Source: Octopus sinensis
Taxonomy: Eukaryota
Assembly (NCBI RefSeq): GCF_006345805.1
Contig: NC_042998.1
Location: forward strand, 81,530,001-81,594,000
Length of the DNA stretch: 64,000 nt
Direction of reading: 5' to 3'
Below are positions 50,463 through 64,000 of the stretch, in pieces. The notes beneath the pieces were generated by a model. It was given only the letters and a program-made list of their open reading frames with translations. It did not search any database and was not told the DNA's origin. Made by a program: the position numbers and the translations under genes. Position 1 is the first letter of the stretch; each line of letters opens with the position of its first letter.

Positions 50463-52983
50463 AAGAATAATGCCCAAACATCTAAGTAATGCAGCGCCAC
50501 CTGGATATAGGGTGAAAAAGTATAGAATACTCAAACGTTCGTTGATAATAAACATATTTAAACACACCTTAGAAGAGAACTAATAGCGAAACAGCAGATA
50601 CCAAAAGAATTTTTGCATGACACCAAACAATATCTCATCACCATTTTACAAATGTCTGTTTCCTGTCCGAGAAATGGAAATTAGATGGCGTTGTAGCTTC
50701 TATAATCTCACCTAAGTAGTAGCTCTTAAAAATGGACAATTTTGATTTTGTTTCTGATGTGTGTGGGATTGCGCCAATATGTAATTAAACTTTAATATAG
50801 ACAGCCAAGATATATTTATCAGTTACAGTTAATTAAAATTAATAGTTAGACAAGCATCATTGATGAATGTGCGCACAAGTCGCTTAACTTTCCGATTAAA
50901 AATGTTCACTAACTTTAAGCAGATAAAGAAAAAAATTTTAAATTACTTTAAAACAAGCATAAACTGCGTTTTCACTAATATCTTACGCACAAAAATTTGC
51001 TCTGCATTCACTCGTGCATTTTAAAAAGAAGTCATTATTGTTTCCTTACGGTGCCATCCATGTTTGCAACAGAAATCTTCAATACCCAGGAATCAAATAT
51101 AGATTTGCTTTATGAAGTGGCCGTGTAATTATGAACAACCAAATAACGGTGAAATTAAAGCGCGGTGCTATATTGTGCAGTAAGAAATATCATTCTATAT
51201 TTAGTTAAAATTATTATGGAATTTTTATCGCTATGTCAATAATTTGCAATTATTAATGTAACTGTCGCAAATAAATTTAGCCGTTGTTCTTAGTATTTGG
51301 TAGAATAGAGGAAATTGCTCGCGGTTCTTTTTACAATTTGTCTGGACGTATTTTAAATGAATCCATTTTAGTTAGTTAATTATTTTAGTTAAAATCGTTA
51401 ATGAGCCTGAGAAAGGAAGAATCTTAAACAATGTACAATCTTTTGTCACAGGACTATGTTTAGAATATATATTAATTTCTCCAGGTGCTGTGAAATTGGT
51501 AAATTGAAGAAGCAGTCTGTTTTCAACTCTTAGTGTCGTACGTTCACTGTTGTTTTAAGAAATTTACAAGCATTAATATATATCCTTATTGAGGTATAGA
51601 GATTTTTTTTATATATTAAAGAAAATTACGATGTTAAGAAGTGTATGTTAAAGACTATGGATAAGACCACAGCATGGTAAATAATAATCGCTTTTATCTC
51701 TTCCTGCATAACACAAAAAATGAATTTTAGTAGAAACAGGAAAACTGTAATAAATTCCTAACGCAATTCACCAGCAACATATCAAATAATATTTATGAAT
51801 TAGCATGGCGCTTTCTACCGCACAGAGGTACGTTAGTCTATATTTTCTATTCCAATTTAAATTCCCTTAAAATTACAGAAGCATTTACAGGGACGGTGGC
51901 CTGCAAATTCTTAGAAACTTGAACCTTAAAACTAAATTTAACGAAAGGCATCACGTATTTCATTAAAGAATTCCACTTCGATTCTGCCATAAACGTCAAT
52001 CTCTAAACATTTCATGGATTTTATTTGGAATCTCCACAATTCTCAAATCCTCTCTACACGAATGTATGTGACGCATGAATACTTAACCGATTTATCTGCC
52101 CATTCACCCGTCACAACCAAAGTAATTATGTCATTTTCAGACTTTTATAGAAACGCACAACGAAGGTTGCTTCAACAATAACGCTCACACCAATCTGCCA
52201 ACGCCCAACAGTTCAACTATTTTAAATAAACCATACAATATAGTTTAACTAATACAGACTTAAAATTAAGAACACAAAAGAAGCAATATGTTACTGCACC
52301 TACTTTCAATCTCAAAGTAATCCCGTCACCAAGTTCTTAATCAGAAAATATTACCCATAGCATGCATATAGCATTATGGCTTCAATATTCTATTTTCGAA
52401 ATTTGTTAACTCAGATTTCAGTCTACCATCGAGAACATTAATCAGAAAAAAATGGAAAATAAAACTACTTTAAGGCAAACAATTTATAAAGAAATCCTCA
52501 AACTTGTCTCTTAGCAATACGTGCCTGTACAAAGAAAAAAATACATTTTTTTTTTGCGAACCTAAATTCAGCGATTTCTCCTCATCGAAATTTAAACTCC
52601 CTCGGAGCTAGCTTCAGAATGTAGTCAGCTACATCATCAAACGGTCGAAATTATAGTTATCTAGCCATATTTGGATCATAAAAATTATAATAAAACACCA
52701 CAGCTCGCCACACGGATTATCACAAACGTTCAGAGTTTCGAACCAGCGTCTATATTCTCCAATGAAACTAATCCGTTTAAGTAGCCACATCGTTACTTCC
52801 TAAATCAGAGGGTTTTATATAGCAAATGCATTAAACATCAATCTACCCATTATAAAAGTACCAAAACAAACAAAACCAAGACGTCTTGGCTCTGCAAAGC
52901 CGATAAACGCAACACAAATACTTGAATCTATTTAATGACAAGACCGTATTTAGTCATAACAGCACTGTTTACATGTACCGATC

Positions 52984-53331
52984 TGATATTTGTTCCTCCA
53001 CATTTCGCCCCTTAATAAAGCCGTGGCTATGCATTTATATCTTTACAACAGCACACCCGAGTGTATACCGAGTAATACTAGACTTTGTGTCCATCATACT
53101 TGCTCTAATACATCTATACGCTTGAGTATTACTAGACTTTGTGTCCCTCATACTTGCTCTAATACATCTATACGCTTCTTTATTTATAAAGAAGCGTATA
53201 GATGTATTAGAGCAAGTATGAGGGACACAAAGTCTAGTATTACTCGGTATACACTCGGGTGTGCTGTTGTAAAGATATAAATGCATAGCCACGGCTTTAT
53301 TAAGGGGCGAAACGTGGAGGAACAAATATCA
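52984..53331. repeat. Near-perfect palindrome with a 54-bp duplication in the left arm
   Basis: Axis at 53184/53185. Arms about 146 bp. Duplication 53070-53123 / 53124-53177. Confidence 0.92.
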
Positions 53332-53759
53332 TTTTATATATATATATATAGGTATATATATATACAGCATATACCCGAAAGAATTACCCATGTTTAAAAC
53401 TATTTCTAAAGAATATCAGTTCCGGTAGTATTATCTACACTTTACATAAAGATTTGCTGTAGTGAGCAAGAAGGATATAACAAAACAGTTGAATGTGTGC
53501 CGTAAAACAGTATTCATTAACTGGAAACGACATATGGAGTCCCCTATTACATCTAGCAAGCCAATTCCTAATAGGAAACAATTCGTACCAAACAAACTGT
53601 GGAAGCTGTGAGGAATTGAATGACCTGAAATCCCCGTAGGAGTGCAATAAAAACTGCAAAATGTCCTGATATTTCGAAATCGACAATTCAGAAGATTTTT
53701 GAAGAGGATTTAAAACTAACTGCATACAAAAAATGATCCCGGCAGAAACAGTTCGACAG

Positions 53760-54030
53760 TACAATCATATTAGCTGAGATGAAGTACGCCGCTAACGAAG
53801 TATTGATCTGGTCCTATGGGAGCTTCACCGTAATGCAGGAGTCATTTACGCCGTCAGTTGCCATCTTCACCAATGGTGTGGGCTGCAGTTGCATCCGATG
53901 GGTTCAAGTCTCCCTTCATCTTCATCGATGCTGGTGTCAAGGTCAACAGTGAAATTTATGTGGAAATTTTGGATCAGAAGGTAATACCTGGGTCACAGAA
54001 AAATTGTTTTGTTCATCATACAGAGTAATG
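53760..54030 (+). pseudogene. Tc1/mariner-superfamily transposase fragment
   Basis: Reads MVWAAVASDGFKSPFIFIDAGVKVNSEIYVEILDQKVIP, typical of the segment between the first two catalytic Asp residues. Confidence 0.75.
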
Positions 54031-54078
54031 CTTTTGCTAGCCCCCATTCAAATGTATCAGATCTGAAGAAAATCCCCA

Positions 54079-54139
54079 GATAACTGAAGAGATAGCGGCC
54101 TGGATTTCCACCTCGGCATCCGAAACTCGGAGTTTTATC
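54079..54139 (+). ncRNA. Type I hammerhead ribozyme candidate
   Basis: GAUAA-CUGAAGA-GAU...AUC-C-GAAA-CUCGGAG-UU-UUAUC. 5-bp stem I, near-palindromic stem III. Confidence 0.7.
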
Positions 54140-54857
54140 ATGGCTACCGAATAATTGTCACATATTACATTTACATATATATATATATATTTATTTACTT
54201 CTTTTGTCAGACATTAGATTGCAGCTTTAGATTATCACTGAACTGAAGTGTTATGTTGATCAAATCACGTATACATTCAGCTTGTAGTGTATGAATCATT
54301 GTGCCGAACCTCTGATTTTCAGGGACGTAAACAAACCCATATCGATCTTTAAGCTGTTCGACTTAAAACGATGCACCCCACCACACACACATACGCACAC
54401 ACACACACACACGCGCACACACACATACACACACATATATTTACATGTGCCGTGATGTGTGTTTGTGTGTAAGGCGCCCTCATTTTTTCGGTATATACCA
54501 AATGACTGTTTTCTTTCAGTGACATACTTTATTTCCTGCTAGAGGGCACGAACAGCATTGACAGGAACCTAGACCTGAGATATATACATTAAATCTCACT
54601 TAGAAGGATATGCCTTTGCTATCCATGAACAAGAGATAGCTACAAGATACCTGATAAAGAATGGGAACAAAGATACCATCAAATATCTACGTTTGTAAAA
54701 AAATATATTGGCTCTACTATACCACATTATCAGGATATCAAATATTTACGAGATAATACCTGCGCCTGAGGTCTGACATACATGGAAATGTTATTTACAT
54801 TGCATACTTCCACACATACTTACATAGAATGAAAATATGCATACATATATCTGCATG

Positions 54858-54911
<54 letters not shown>

Positions 54912-55031
54912 CGATTATATTTAGATGTTTATTAAATAAATAAATTAATTAATAATTTAATTTAATATATATTGATTAAATTAGTATTTAGTATCCACTC
55001 AATGTATATTTTGCATTATATATATATATAT

Positions 55032-55137
<106 letters not shown>

Positions 55138-55305
55138 CATATATATTTTACAAGGTTATTTACGTATATTTATTAATTTATCTAATTAATTATTTTATTG
55201 TTTATCTTTAACCTGAAGAGTGACTATTTCTCATATATATAGATATATATGAGATATATATAAATACATATACTATAGACATATAGATATATACATATAT
55301 ATGCA

Positions 55306-55347
<42 letters not shown>

Positions 55348-55351
<4 letters not shown>

Positions 55352-55402
55352 TTAGACATGGTCTAGGCCAATACTGGTCGAAACCTATGAAAGTAAACAC
55401 AT

Positions 55403-55438
<36 letters not shown>

Positions 55439-55499
55439 CGATAGATAATAAACTTAGATATGTTTCGACCAGAGATTGGTCCAGGCCATGTCTAACTTA
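55348..55499. repeat. Inverted ~38-bp arms separated by microsatellite
   Basis: taagttagacatggtctaggccaatactggtcgaaac versus gtttcgaccagagattggtccaggccatgtctaactta. Confidence 0.75.
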
Positions 55500-56199
55500 A
55501 TAGCACCACCTGATGGATAGATATATATGATAGATATATATGAGATAGATAGATATATATGAGATAGATAGATATATATGAGATATATATACATATTTAT
55601 ACATATGTGTATATATATGTATGTATATATATGTATATATGTAAACACACACACACATATATGAAAGGACCCAAGATGGCAAGTAAGGCTACGTAACTGC
55701 TACGAAAGGACCGTATTTAGACTCCCGGTTCAGCGACGATGTGATAGTTAAATAGATGGAATTAGTACAGTTCAATATAAGACGGCCTTTTGGAAACGGA
55801 GAGCTATAGGATTATAGGGAATGAAAGATATCTCTTCATCAGAGATGATATGAGAGAGTCAACTAGAGGGAAATAGTAAAGTTCAATAGAAGAAGATATT
55901 TTGGAAGCGGTGAGACATAGTAACTATAAAGGGAAATAAGAGAATAAAAATAAAAATATATTTTAGATGCTACAGTTGCAGTTCCATTATGTAAGGAAGG
56001 TTCTGTATAGAATAAGTTAAAAAGTTTTCTTGTCCATGTTATGTAAATTCCGATAAGAATTCATACTTTGTTATTACAAATGGATAGTGAGGAGACATTA
56101 ACACACGTGAGACTAAGTTTGTCCTTATAAATCTCCTAGAAATTTCACACCGCCTTGGCTTCCTTGTCTCATTTTATTTCAAGTATATATGTATATTTT

Positions 56200-56592
56200 T
56201 TTTACTTGTTTCAGTCATTTTGACTGTGGCCATGCTGGAGCACCGCCTTTAATCGAGCAACTCGACCCCGGGACTTATTCTTTGTAAGCCCAGTACTTAT
56301 TCTATCGATCTCTTTTGCCGAACCGCTAAGTGACGGGGACATAAACACACCAGCATCGGTTGTCAAGCAATGCTAGTGGGACAAATACAGACACACAAAC
56401 ATACACGCACATACATATATATACATATATACGACAGGCTTCTTTCAGTTTCCTTCTGCCAAATCCACTCACAAGGCTTTGGTCGGCCCGAGGCTATAGT
56501 AGAAGACACTTGCTCAAGGTGCCACGCAGTGGGACTTAACCCGGAACCATGTGGTTGGTAAACAAGCTACTTACCACACAGCCACTCCTGCG
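56200..56592 (-). mobile_element. SINE family B, full length
   Basis: Reverse complement of the family at 50074. Confidence 0.88.
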
Positions 56593-56849
56593 TTTTTTCT
56601 ACGCTGAGAAAGTAACGTCGTTTGACGTTGAAATTGAACGTTTGAAGTACGACCATAGGTAAGGCATTTGTTTTTGGGGAGCTCAGTGAGGCTGTTGTCC
56701 GTATTGTTTATCATTTTTTTTTAACAAGGGTCTCCACTGGGTTCCAGACAGTTGTCTGCCAGTGGTCGTACAAAAAGTCTAATTTCTTTTGGAGAATTGT
56801 GTGTATCCGGAAGGCATGTCTCTTCGAAAATTTATGATTTTATGTGACT

Positions 56850-58640
56850 GTGTGCACTTCTTGGATTTTACCATTTGTAGTACAACCAGAATTGGAGGAA
56901 TTTTTTTGCTGCTATTTTGTGTGCTGCAAGGGATTTTCAACTGTACTACAAAGGATTGCCAGAGTTGAATTTTGTTGCCATTTGAATTGTCTTTTTCTCT
57001 TGTCTGTCTTTCTGCACTTTTTGTGTTTGCATTAGAGACTTTTATTTGACCATTTTTGATTTTGTTGTGAACTTTTATATTTTAGTTTATTTTATCAATG
57101 GCAACCAAATGTAAGAAAGCCTTGGAATGGCGAATTGTGGCCCCCAAGGAGTGGCTAAAAGCTATTATGAGAGAATGGTGGTGTTGCGGACCTATTGCAA
57201 GGTCCGCTAGACCATCTGTGAATTGGCGGGGTTTGCGCCAACTTATAGGTTCATCCGTAGGAGTTCAAAGTACGCAACAATGTGCGTGCTTTTCGACACC
57301 CCTACAGAAATTTGCGAGCCAACCTATAGAGGGGAGGAAGATTTTATTTTTCCCCACTTATGGTGGGCGTAAATTGACAAGAGCCTGGGTGTGTGGGTTG
57401 CCGCCTGGTATAGTGGCTGAAGGGATAGAAGATTTTATCCGTCGAGGCCTGTGTGGTGGTCCTGCTAGTCTCTTGAATGTAAAAATACTGCCTGTGATCG
57501 ATTGGGTCGGGTCAAAAGCAATTTTGAGCATATGGCCCCAATCGGCTGAAGATCTGATTTTACCAGATTTCTTGACAATGGCCGGTTCCAGCCACCCGCT
57601 GATCATTAAGGGACCCCTCACCAAGATTCACCTGTGATTGGAATCAGGGCATATGAAGAAGAACTGTTGCCAGGACCAGGCGAAGGTCCTGGAACACTTG
57701 ATTGATGATGTCTGTAATAACCCTGTACCCACAACGGAGCCTCCTGCTCCTTCATTGGAGAGAGAGAGAGAGAGAGAAAGTCGAGGAGGATCTAACCTCC
57801 TCGAGAAAAAGTACTAAGAGAAAGAAGGTGGGCAACAATGGTTGTCCACCGATGGATCCTGAGGTGGCGGGAGGGGAGGAGAGACCTCCGGACATGTCGG
57901 AAGAGCTCCACTCTCCCGTCGCAAAGGGAAAAAAGAGGAAAAAGAAAATCGGGATATTGCTGGCTACGGCATGTCCCGTAACCCCTTCGGTGGGATGTGC
58001 GCCACCGGAGAGGGAAAAGAAGGAAACCTCGTTGGTGGGATGTGTGCTACCGAACGAGGTAGTTGAGGTCCCTGTTAATGAAAGTGATGAGGAATTTGTA
58101 TTCCTCTATTGCAGGGGAGGGGTGGTTGACGAGTATGTGGAGAATAATCTTGATAGTCGGGTTCTGATGGACCCGATTTTTATTGAGAGTGCAGTGTTGC
58201 CTTCGCAGGTGGCTGCACTGGTAGTGGAAAGAAAATATTTTTCCACGAGTCAAGAGCCTTCGCAAAGAAGGACAACAGATTACATCTTTTTGGCTCCGAT
58301 TGGTGGTTGCAGGAATACCTGCAGGCCGTAAAAGAGTTAATTGAGGGAATAATGTAAGAAGTTTATCGCCTCCATATGTATGAGTATAAATTTTGTTTCC
58401 TTTGTGAGGGACTTCTAGTCCAATTTTTTGTATATATTTGTAAGAGGTTTAATACCTCTATGTATGTTGTTTTTTAACGAATAATGTTTTAGAGACGCAG
58501 AGGGTCGGTGGGCGCTTTCTGTCTTCTCCCATCTTTATCATCTTGCATTATTATCATTCGCCTCATTAATGTCTTGTCCAAGCCGTTACATATCTGTGTA
58601 CTGTCTTTATGGCTAATGATATAAAATAAAATAAAATAAA
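56850..58640 (+). mobile_element. Third, more distant ORF1-only retroelement
   Basis: ILFFPTYGGRKLTRAWVCGLPP aligns with VILLPTYMGRKTSKIRVEGNPP of copy 2. Decayed knuckle HL*LESGHMKKNC, T-rich 5' UTR, (TAAAA)n tail, no RT. Confidence 0.7.
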
Positions 58641-59028
58641 GTGGCTTGCTTACCAATCACATGGTTCCGGGCTCAGTCCCACTGCCTAGAACCTTGGGCA
58701 AGTGTCTTCTACTATAGCCTCGGGCCGACTAAAGCCTTGCGAGTGTATTTGGTAAACCTAAACTGAAAGACGCTCATCGTATATATGTATATATATGTAT
58801 ATGTGTGTGTATACCTTTTATGTGTCTGCGTTTGCCGCCCCAATATCGCTTGACAACGGATGCTGGTGTGTTTACATCCCCGGAACTTAGCGGTTCGGGA
58901 AAAGAGATCGATAAAATAAATACAAGTCTTACAAAGAATAAGTCCTGTGGTCGATTTGCTCGAATATAGGTGGTGCTTCAGCATGGCCACAGTCAAATGA
59001 CTGAAACAAGTAAAAGAGTAAAAGAGTA
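58641..59028 (+). mobile_element. SINE family B lacking its first ~25 nt
   Basis: Homologous to 50074-50462. Tail (aaagagta)n. Confidence 0.85.
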
Positions 59029-59053
59029 ACACACACACATATATATACATAAG

Positions 59054-59094
<41 letters not shown>

Positions 59095-59111
59095 GTATAT
59101 ATATATATATG

Positions 59112-59142
<31 letters not shown>

Positions 59143-59177
59143 ATATTTATATACATGTATGTATATATATATATATG

Positions 59178-59208
<31 letters not shown>

Positions 59209-59986
59209 ATACATATATATACATATATACATATATATATATATATACATATATATATACATATAAATAGGAACACGTGATATTATGCATGAAAAGAAAT
59301 ATGAGAACAAACCAATTATAAGTTTAAGCCTCATTAGTATTAGTTGTTTTCACGCTATATCATCCAAACCAATTAGCGCCGATAACAATCAAACATAATC
59401 ATCAACACATTGTTTTTAATCTTGCTAATAATCAATAAATAATAATTACATTTACAAATCTAAGGATTTTCGACTCCTGGGATTACTAGTGATGACGTGC
59501 AAGAAAATATATGTACGTATATGATCGAATAACAAATCATAAAACGCTCATGACTGCATACATACATACATACATACATACATACAAACACGCATACATA
59601 CATACATACATACATACATACAAACACGCATACATACATACATACATACATAATACATACATACATACATACATACATACATACATACATACATACATAC
59701 ATACATACATACTTATATATATAGATACATAGACAGATATACTCCCCAAAACACACGGAGATATCTATGTATGTATGGAGCGATGTACATACATTTACAT
59801 ATGTGTGTGCGCATATACATATATATATATATATATATAATATATATATATATATACATATATATACATAAGTATTTATATATATATATATATATAATAT
59901 ATATATATATTATAAATATATATATATTATACATATATATATATATATATATTTAAATATACATACATACATACACATTATATATA

Positions 59987-60029
<43 letters not shown>

Positions 60030-60043
60030 CCTATCCATCTGTC

Positions 60044-60079
<36 letters not shown>

Positions 60080-60840
60080 AACCCAAAATTGTACCTAACG
60101 TCAACGACATACAATGGAAGCACCTACTACAGCTAAAAAAGGATAAAGACCTGACAATCAAAGAAGCAGACAAAGGTAATGCTGTAGTCGTGATAGACAC
60201 CATAAAACTCTAGCATTGTCCATACTAAAAATGACTCCTTTTATGAAAACGTTGCAAATTATAGGCAGCAAGAAAAACCTTAAAAAATCTTGCAACTTTA
60301 TTACTCCAACATGGAAAAAACTACATCACAAACTTCAAATGCAAACCAAGCCTTTTCTATGGCCTCCCCAAAATGCACAAGAAGCAAATAATTACTAGTG
60401 CCTGCAAATCAAATCCAGGTCTATTCGTAAATATCCCAACACCAGAAGACTTAAAATTAAGGCCTATTATTGCTGGCCTAGCCTGTGAAACACACCGCCT
60501 AAGTAACTTTCTGGACATACTATTGAAACCTTTCCGCAAATACATTAAATGTTTCATTAGAGACGACCTGGGCATGCTAGAGCATCTAACAAAAACCACA
60601 AACGAAGAAGCTCTATTAGTCTTCTTCGATGTCATCAACCTCTACACTAACATTCTCCATGACTACGGAATAGAGGCGATAAATTTCTGGTTAGAAAAAT
60701 ACCCCAAAGTTCTTCCGGACCGCATAAACCAGACTTTTATCATTGAATCCCTGCAGTTCATCCTTCATAACAATTACTTCCTATTTGATACAACATACTA
60801 CCGCTAAAAGTGCGGCATTACGATAGGAACAAAAGCAGAC
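60080..60840 (+). pseudogene. Penelope-like RT fragment, related to the 45-48 kb element
   Basis: IKEADKGNAVV, FYGLPKMHK, LKLRPIIAG, FFDVINLYTNI, NNYFLFD and GITIGTK. Confidence 0.9.
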
Positions 60841-60916
60841 ACAAAAAGGGATAAATTCAAGAAAAGAATGAAAATCAAAAACATATATATATATATTTAT
60901 GTACTATTTTGTGTGT

Positions 60917-60974
60917 ATTCCACTGATGAAGCAAAGCATTTCTTCTGCAAAGCCAGAAATCCAGGATCTGGAAT
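60917..60974 (+). ncRNA. Type I hammerhead ribozyme candidate downstream of the PLE RT fragment
   Basis: AUUCCA-CUGAUGA-...-GAAA-UCCAGGA-UC-UGGAAU. 6-bp stem I; stem II imperfect. Confidence 0.65.
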
Positions 60975-61164
60975 TATCGAGTAATTTTTTGCTAGTTTAT
61001 TTTGTCTCTTTGTCTTGTCACCTGTTGCTGTATGAACATTTAATGTGGTGTCAGAGTCAAGTTTTGGCTGCTATATCTAGCATGGAATGAGGCGATGTGA
61101 GCAACGTCAGGTGGAATCCCTACTCACAATCCCTCACAATCCCTCACCAACAATTTATATATGG

Positions 61165-63268
61165 AGGAAATAATACTCCAACCAACCACGGAAAACGGTG
61201 TATTTGATCTTTGCCTCAAAGAATATAGATCTCATACATAATGTGCAAGTGGCACCGACGCTAATCTCGGCTCCCAACATAGTAGAGCTGACCGTATATG
61301 GACCAATGGAACCCACGGGCATGCAGTACATTATCAGAAGCACCCAAAACCTATCCAAACTTAACTACCATAAAGCAGACTGGAAATCAATTGAGATAGA
61401 GATCACCAAACAGGACTGGTCCCAACGTTTCTCTACACCTAACACAGACATGAAATTGAAAACTTTTATGTCCGTAATGCAAACTATATGCTACAATTTT
61501 TGTCCCAGAGAGAAGGGCCATTACAAATAAAAACAAGATTCCTAGTGAGAGGAAATTTCTTATGAGACGGCGTACAAAGATTACAAACCGCCTCAATGCA
61601 GTAAGAAACCCTCGCCCGGTAACAACACTACTAGAGACTGAAAAACATCTGGCGTACTCCCATGGGACGAAAATATCAGACTGAGAATCCTGGGACATAA
61701 GAAATATAAAATCAGACCATAAAGCCTTCTTTAGATATGCCAAGCAGCCTGCCTCTGTGCATTGGAAGTTAGAGCCACTCATCTAAAAAGATGGCTCCGT
61801 CACGGGAAACCCAATGAGGATAAGTGATACATTGAAGGAATAGTTCGAAAGTGTCTTCACGCCACCCCTACGGCACATGCAAGTTAGCAAACCTGTAGAA
61901 TTATTTACTGATACAAAAGCTGAACAGCAGGCAGTAACCATTGATTACATCTACATCGAAGGAAAGGATCTAATGCTAGGATAGATAATATAGAGGCAAA
62001 CTCAACTGCTGGCCCTGATGGACATCCAGCAATCCTCCTCAGGTCGTGCAACTAAGTCCTTGCAAAACCATTGCAGCTTCTTTTTCAGAGCATCCTCGCA
62101 AATGGTAAGATCCCGGACAAACTAAAGAAGGAAATAATATGCCCAAGACATAAAGGAGGAAGGAGAACAGATGCTAAAAATTATAAGATTATCTCTCTGA
62201 CCTCAAACATCAGCAAAGTCATCATCGAACAAATAGTCCGAATGAAAGTGATTGCATTCCTTGAAGACAATGACTTGCTGACTGACACCCAGCATAGTTT
62301 TCCACCAGGTAGAAGCTGTCTGATACAGCTCTGGCAGATTTACGACTGGGTGCTAAAACAGCTGCTCAACAACTCAAACGTGGACGTGATGTACCTCGTC
62401 TCTGCAAAAGACTTTGACAGAATCGACCATGTTATTATCTGTCACAAGCTCCGAAATCTTGGTAAAATTGGAAATCCTGGAGAATGGCTACATGACTTTC
62501 AAAAAAAGATAGAAGTCAGGTAGTGGTAGTCAATGTGGCCACCATCAAGATAACACAAATAATAAGTGGTGTTCCACAGGGAACTGTCTTGGGGCCTCTG
62601 TTATTCATAGTGACCCCTTTGACATGCCCTTATCTGATTATGTAACTACCTTTACTAGCCATGCAGATAATACAAAGGTCTCTCAGAAGATACAGAACCC
62701 TGGAGACATTGTGCATCTGCAACGTGGATTGAACGCAATATACAGGTGGGCTGAAGGAAATAACATGTCATTTAATGCTAGAAAATTCGAAGCTCTGCAC
62801 TACAAACACAGGAAGCTCAATGAAAAGCAGATAGGATAGACTGGCCCAGGTGGGATTCCTTAATCAAAATCAGTGCGTGACCCGGGCATCGACATGGATT
62901 ATGAGGCATCTTTCCAGTTACACATTACCAATTTGGCAATAAAATGCAGACGTCTTGTCTGGCCTGGTGGATCATTCGAACTTTCAAAATAAGGGAAAAG
63001 AAAACCATTATGGTCCTCTGGAGGGCTTTCTTTCTCACCTGTCTGGATTATAGCTCCCAACTGTAGTTACCAAAGAGTGTGTGTAAACTAACGACGGACT
63101 TCGTGGCGATCCAGAGAAGCTACAAGAGGAAGATCGATATAATCCCACATATCAGTTACTGGGAGAGACTGAAAGGGTTAAGTCTCTACTCACTGGACCG
63201 AAGGCGGGAAAGATATGCAGTAATATACAACTGAAAAATACTAGACAAACTTGTTCCAAACTTTATTA
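61165..63268 (+). pseudogene. Decayed CR1/L2-type LINE ORF2 (RT)
   Basis: NYHKADW, AGPDG, HKGG...NY..ISLTS, QHSF..GRSC, GVPQGTVLGPLLF, HADNTK (from YADDTK) and LYSLDRRRER, with many stops. Confidence 0.9.
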
Positions 63269-63335
63269 TATGGTAAGACAACAAAAGAAAGAAAGAGACC
63301 TCGATATTATGTAAATAGAGGAATTTATCTCTAAC

Positions 63336-63416
63336 TGTAATATGTGGCAATTATTCGGTTGCCATGATAAAACTCCGAGTTTTATCATGGCTACCGAATA
63401 ACTGCCATATATTACA
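63336..63416. repeat. 81-bp palindrome made of the 3' half of the 54.1-kb hammerhead element
   Basis: Axis at 63376 within aaactc-c-gagttt. The right arm matches 54123-54175. Confidence 0.85.
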
Positions 63417-63753
63417 TTTACATATATATATATATGACCTGGTGGTTAGGATGTTGCACTCAGAATCGTTAGGTCGTTGTTTTAATTCCTAGAAAGGTTG
63501 GTGCGTTGTGTTCTTGAGCAAAGTACTTCACGTTGCTCTGCAATCACTTTGATACCTGACGTGTGGTACACAGGGTACCTGTTCAGATAACGTTGATTTG
63601 ATGGAAGCTGTGGGCTAATGTGTGACACGAACATTTGATCACTATAAATAAATCATTTGTACATTTAGATTGGCAAAAGACCATCATATATATATGCGTG
63701 TGTGTGGTGAGGGGTATGTATATATGTGTGCATGCATGTATTACACACACACA

Positions 63754-63808
<55 letters not shown>

Positions 63809-63821
63809 CACACACAACCAC

Positions 63822-63887
<66 letters not shown>

Positions 63888-64000
63888 GCATATATATATC
63901 CATATTAAATATTGTAATAGGGAGGTACGCATATGCCTATACACTTATAAATATATATAGACCTATGAAAATGAATGTGTGTGCGTGTATGTGCTTGTGG

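Noticed and set aside
50560-52950. Long repeat-poor stretch as a possible host exon or enhancer
   Set aside because: No ORF or splice pattern that I can support. Conservation or expression data would be needed.
55662-56181. Possible solo LTR (TGAAA...TTTCA)
   Set aside because: No clear TSD, PBS or PPT, and no second copy in the window.

Overview
This is repeat-saturated, AT-rich eukaryotic DNA. The dense (TA)n/(CA)n/(TACA)n microsatellites and recurrent tRNA-headed SINEs look like an octopus (cephalopod) genome; that assignment is from recognition, not a search. I found no supportable host protein-coding gene, and almost all ORF-track entries are microsatellite translations or decayed transposon fragments. 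Recognisable elements are two Penelope-like element (PLE) remnants, a Helitron Pif1-helicase remnant with its 3' hairpin and CTAG, Tc1/mariner remnants, a CR1/L2-type RT remnant, three ORF1-only zinc-knuckle retroelements and three SINE families. The main unexplained signal is a set of non-coding units of about 0.4-0.5 kb embedded in (TA)n. Each carries a hand-foldable type I hammerhead ribozyme about 220-240 nt upstream of a shared terminal motif. They occur as a tandem-plus-inverted array (16.6-19.1 kb), as a monomer with terminal redundancy (48 kb) and as fold-back elements, which suggests a retrozyme-like or PLE-dependent ribozyme retroelement system. An HDV-like ribozyme fold also caps a short RTE-like element at 16.4 kb. 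All ribozyme calls come from manual base-pairing, and their activity is untested.
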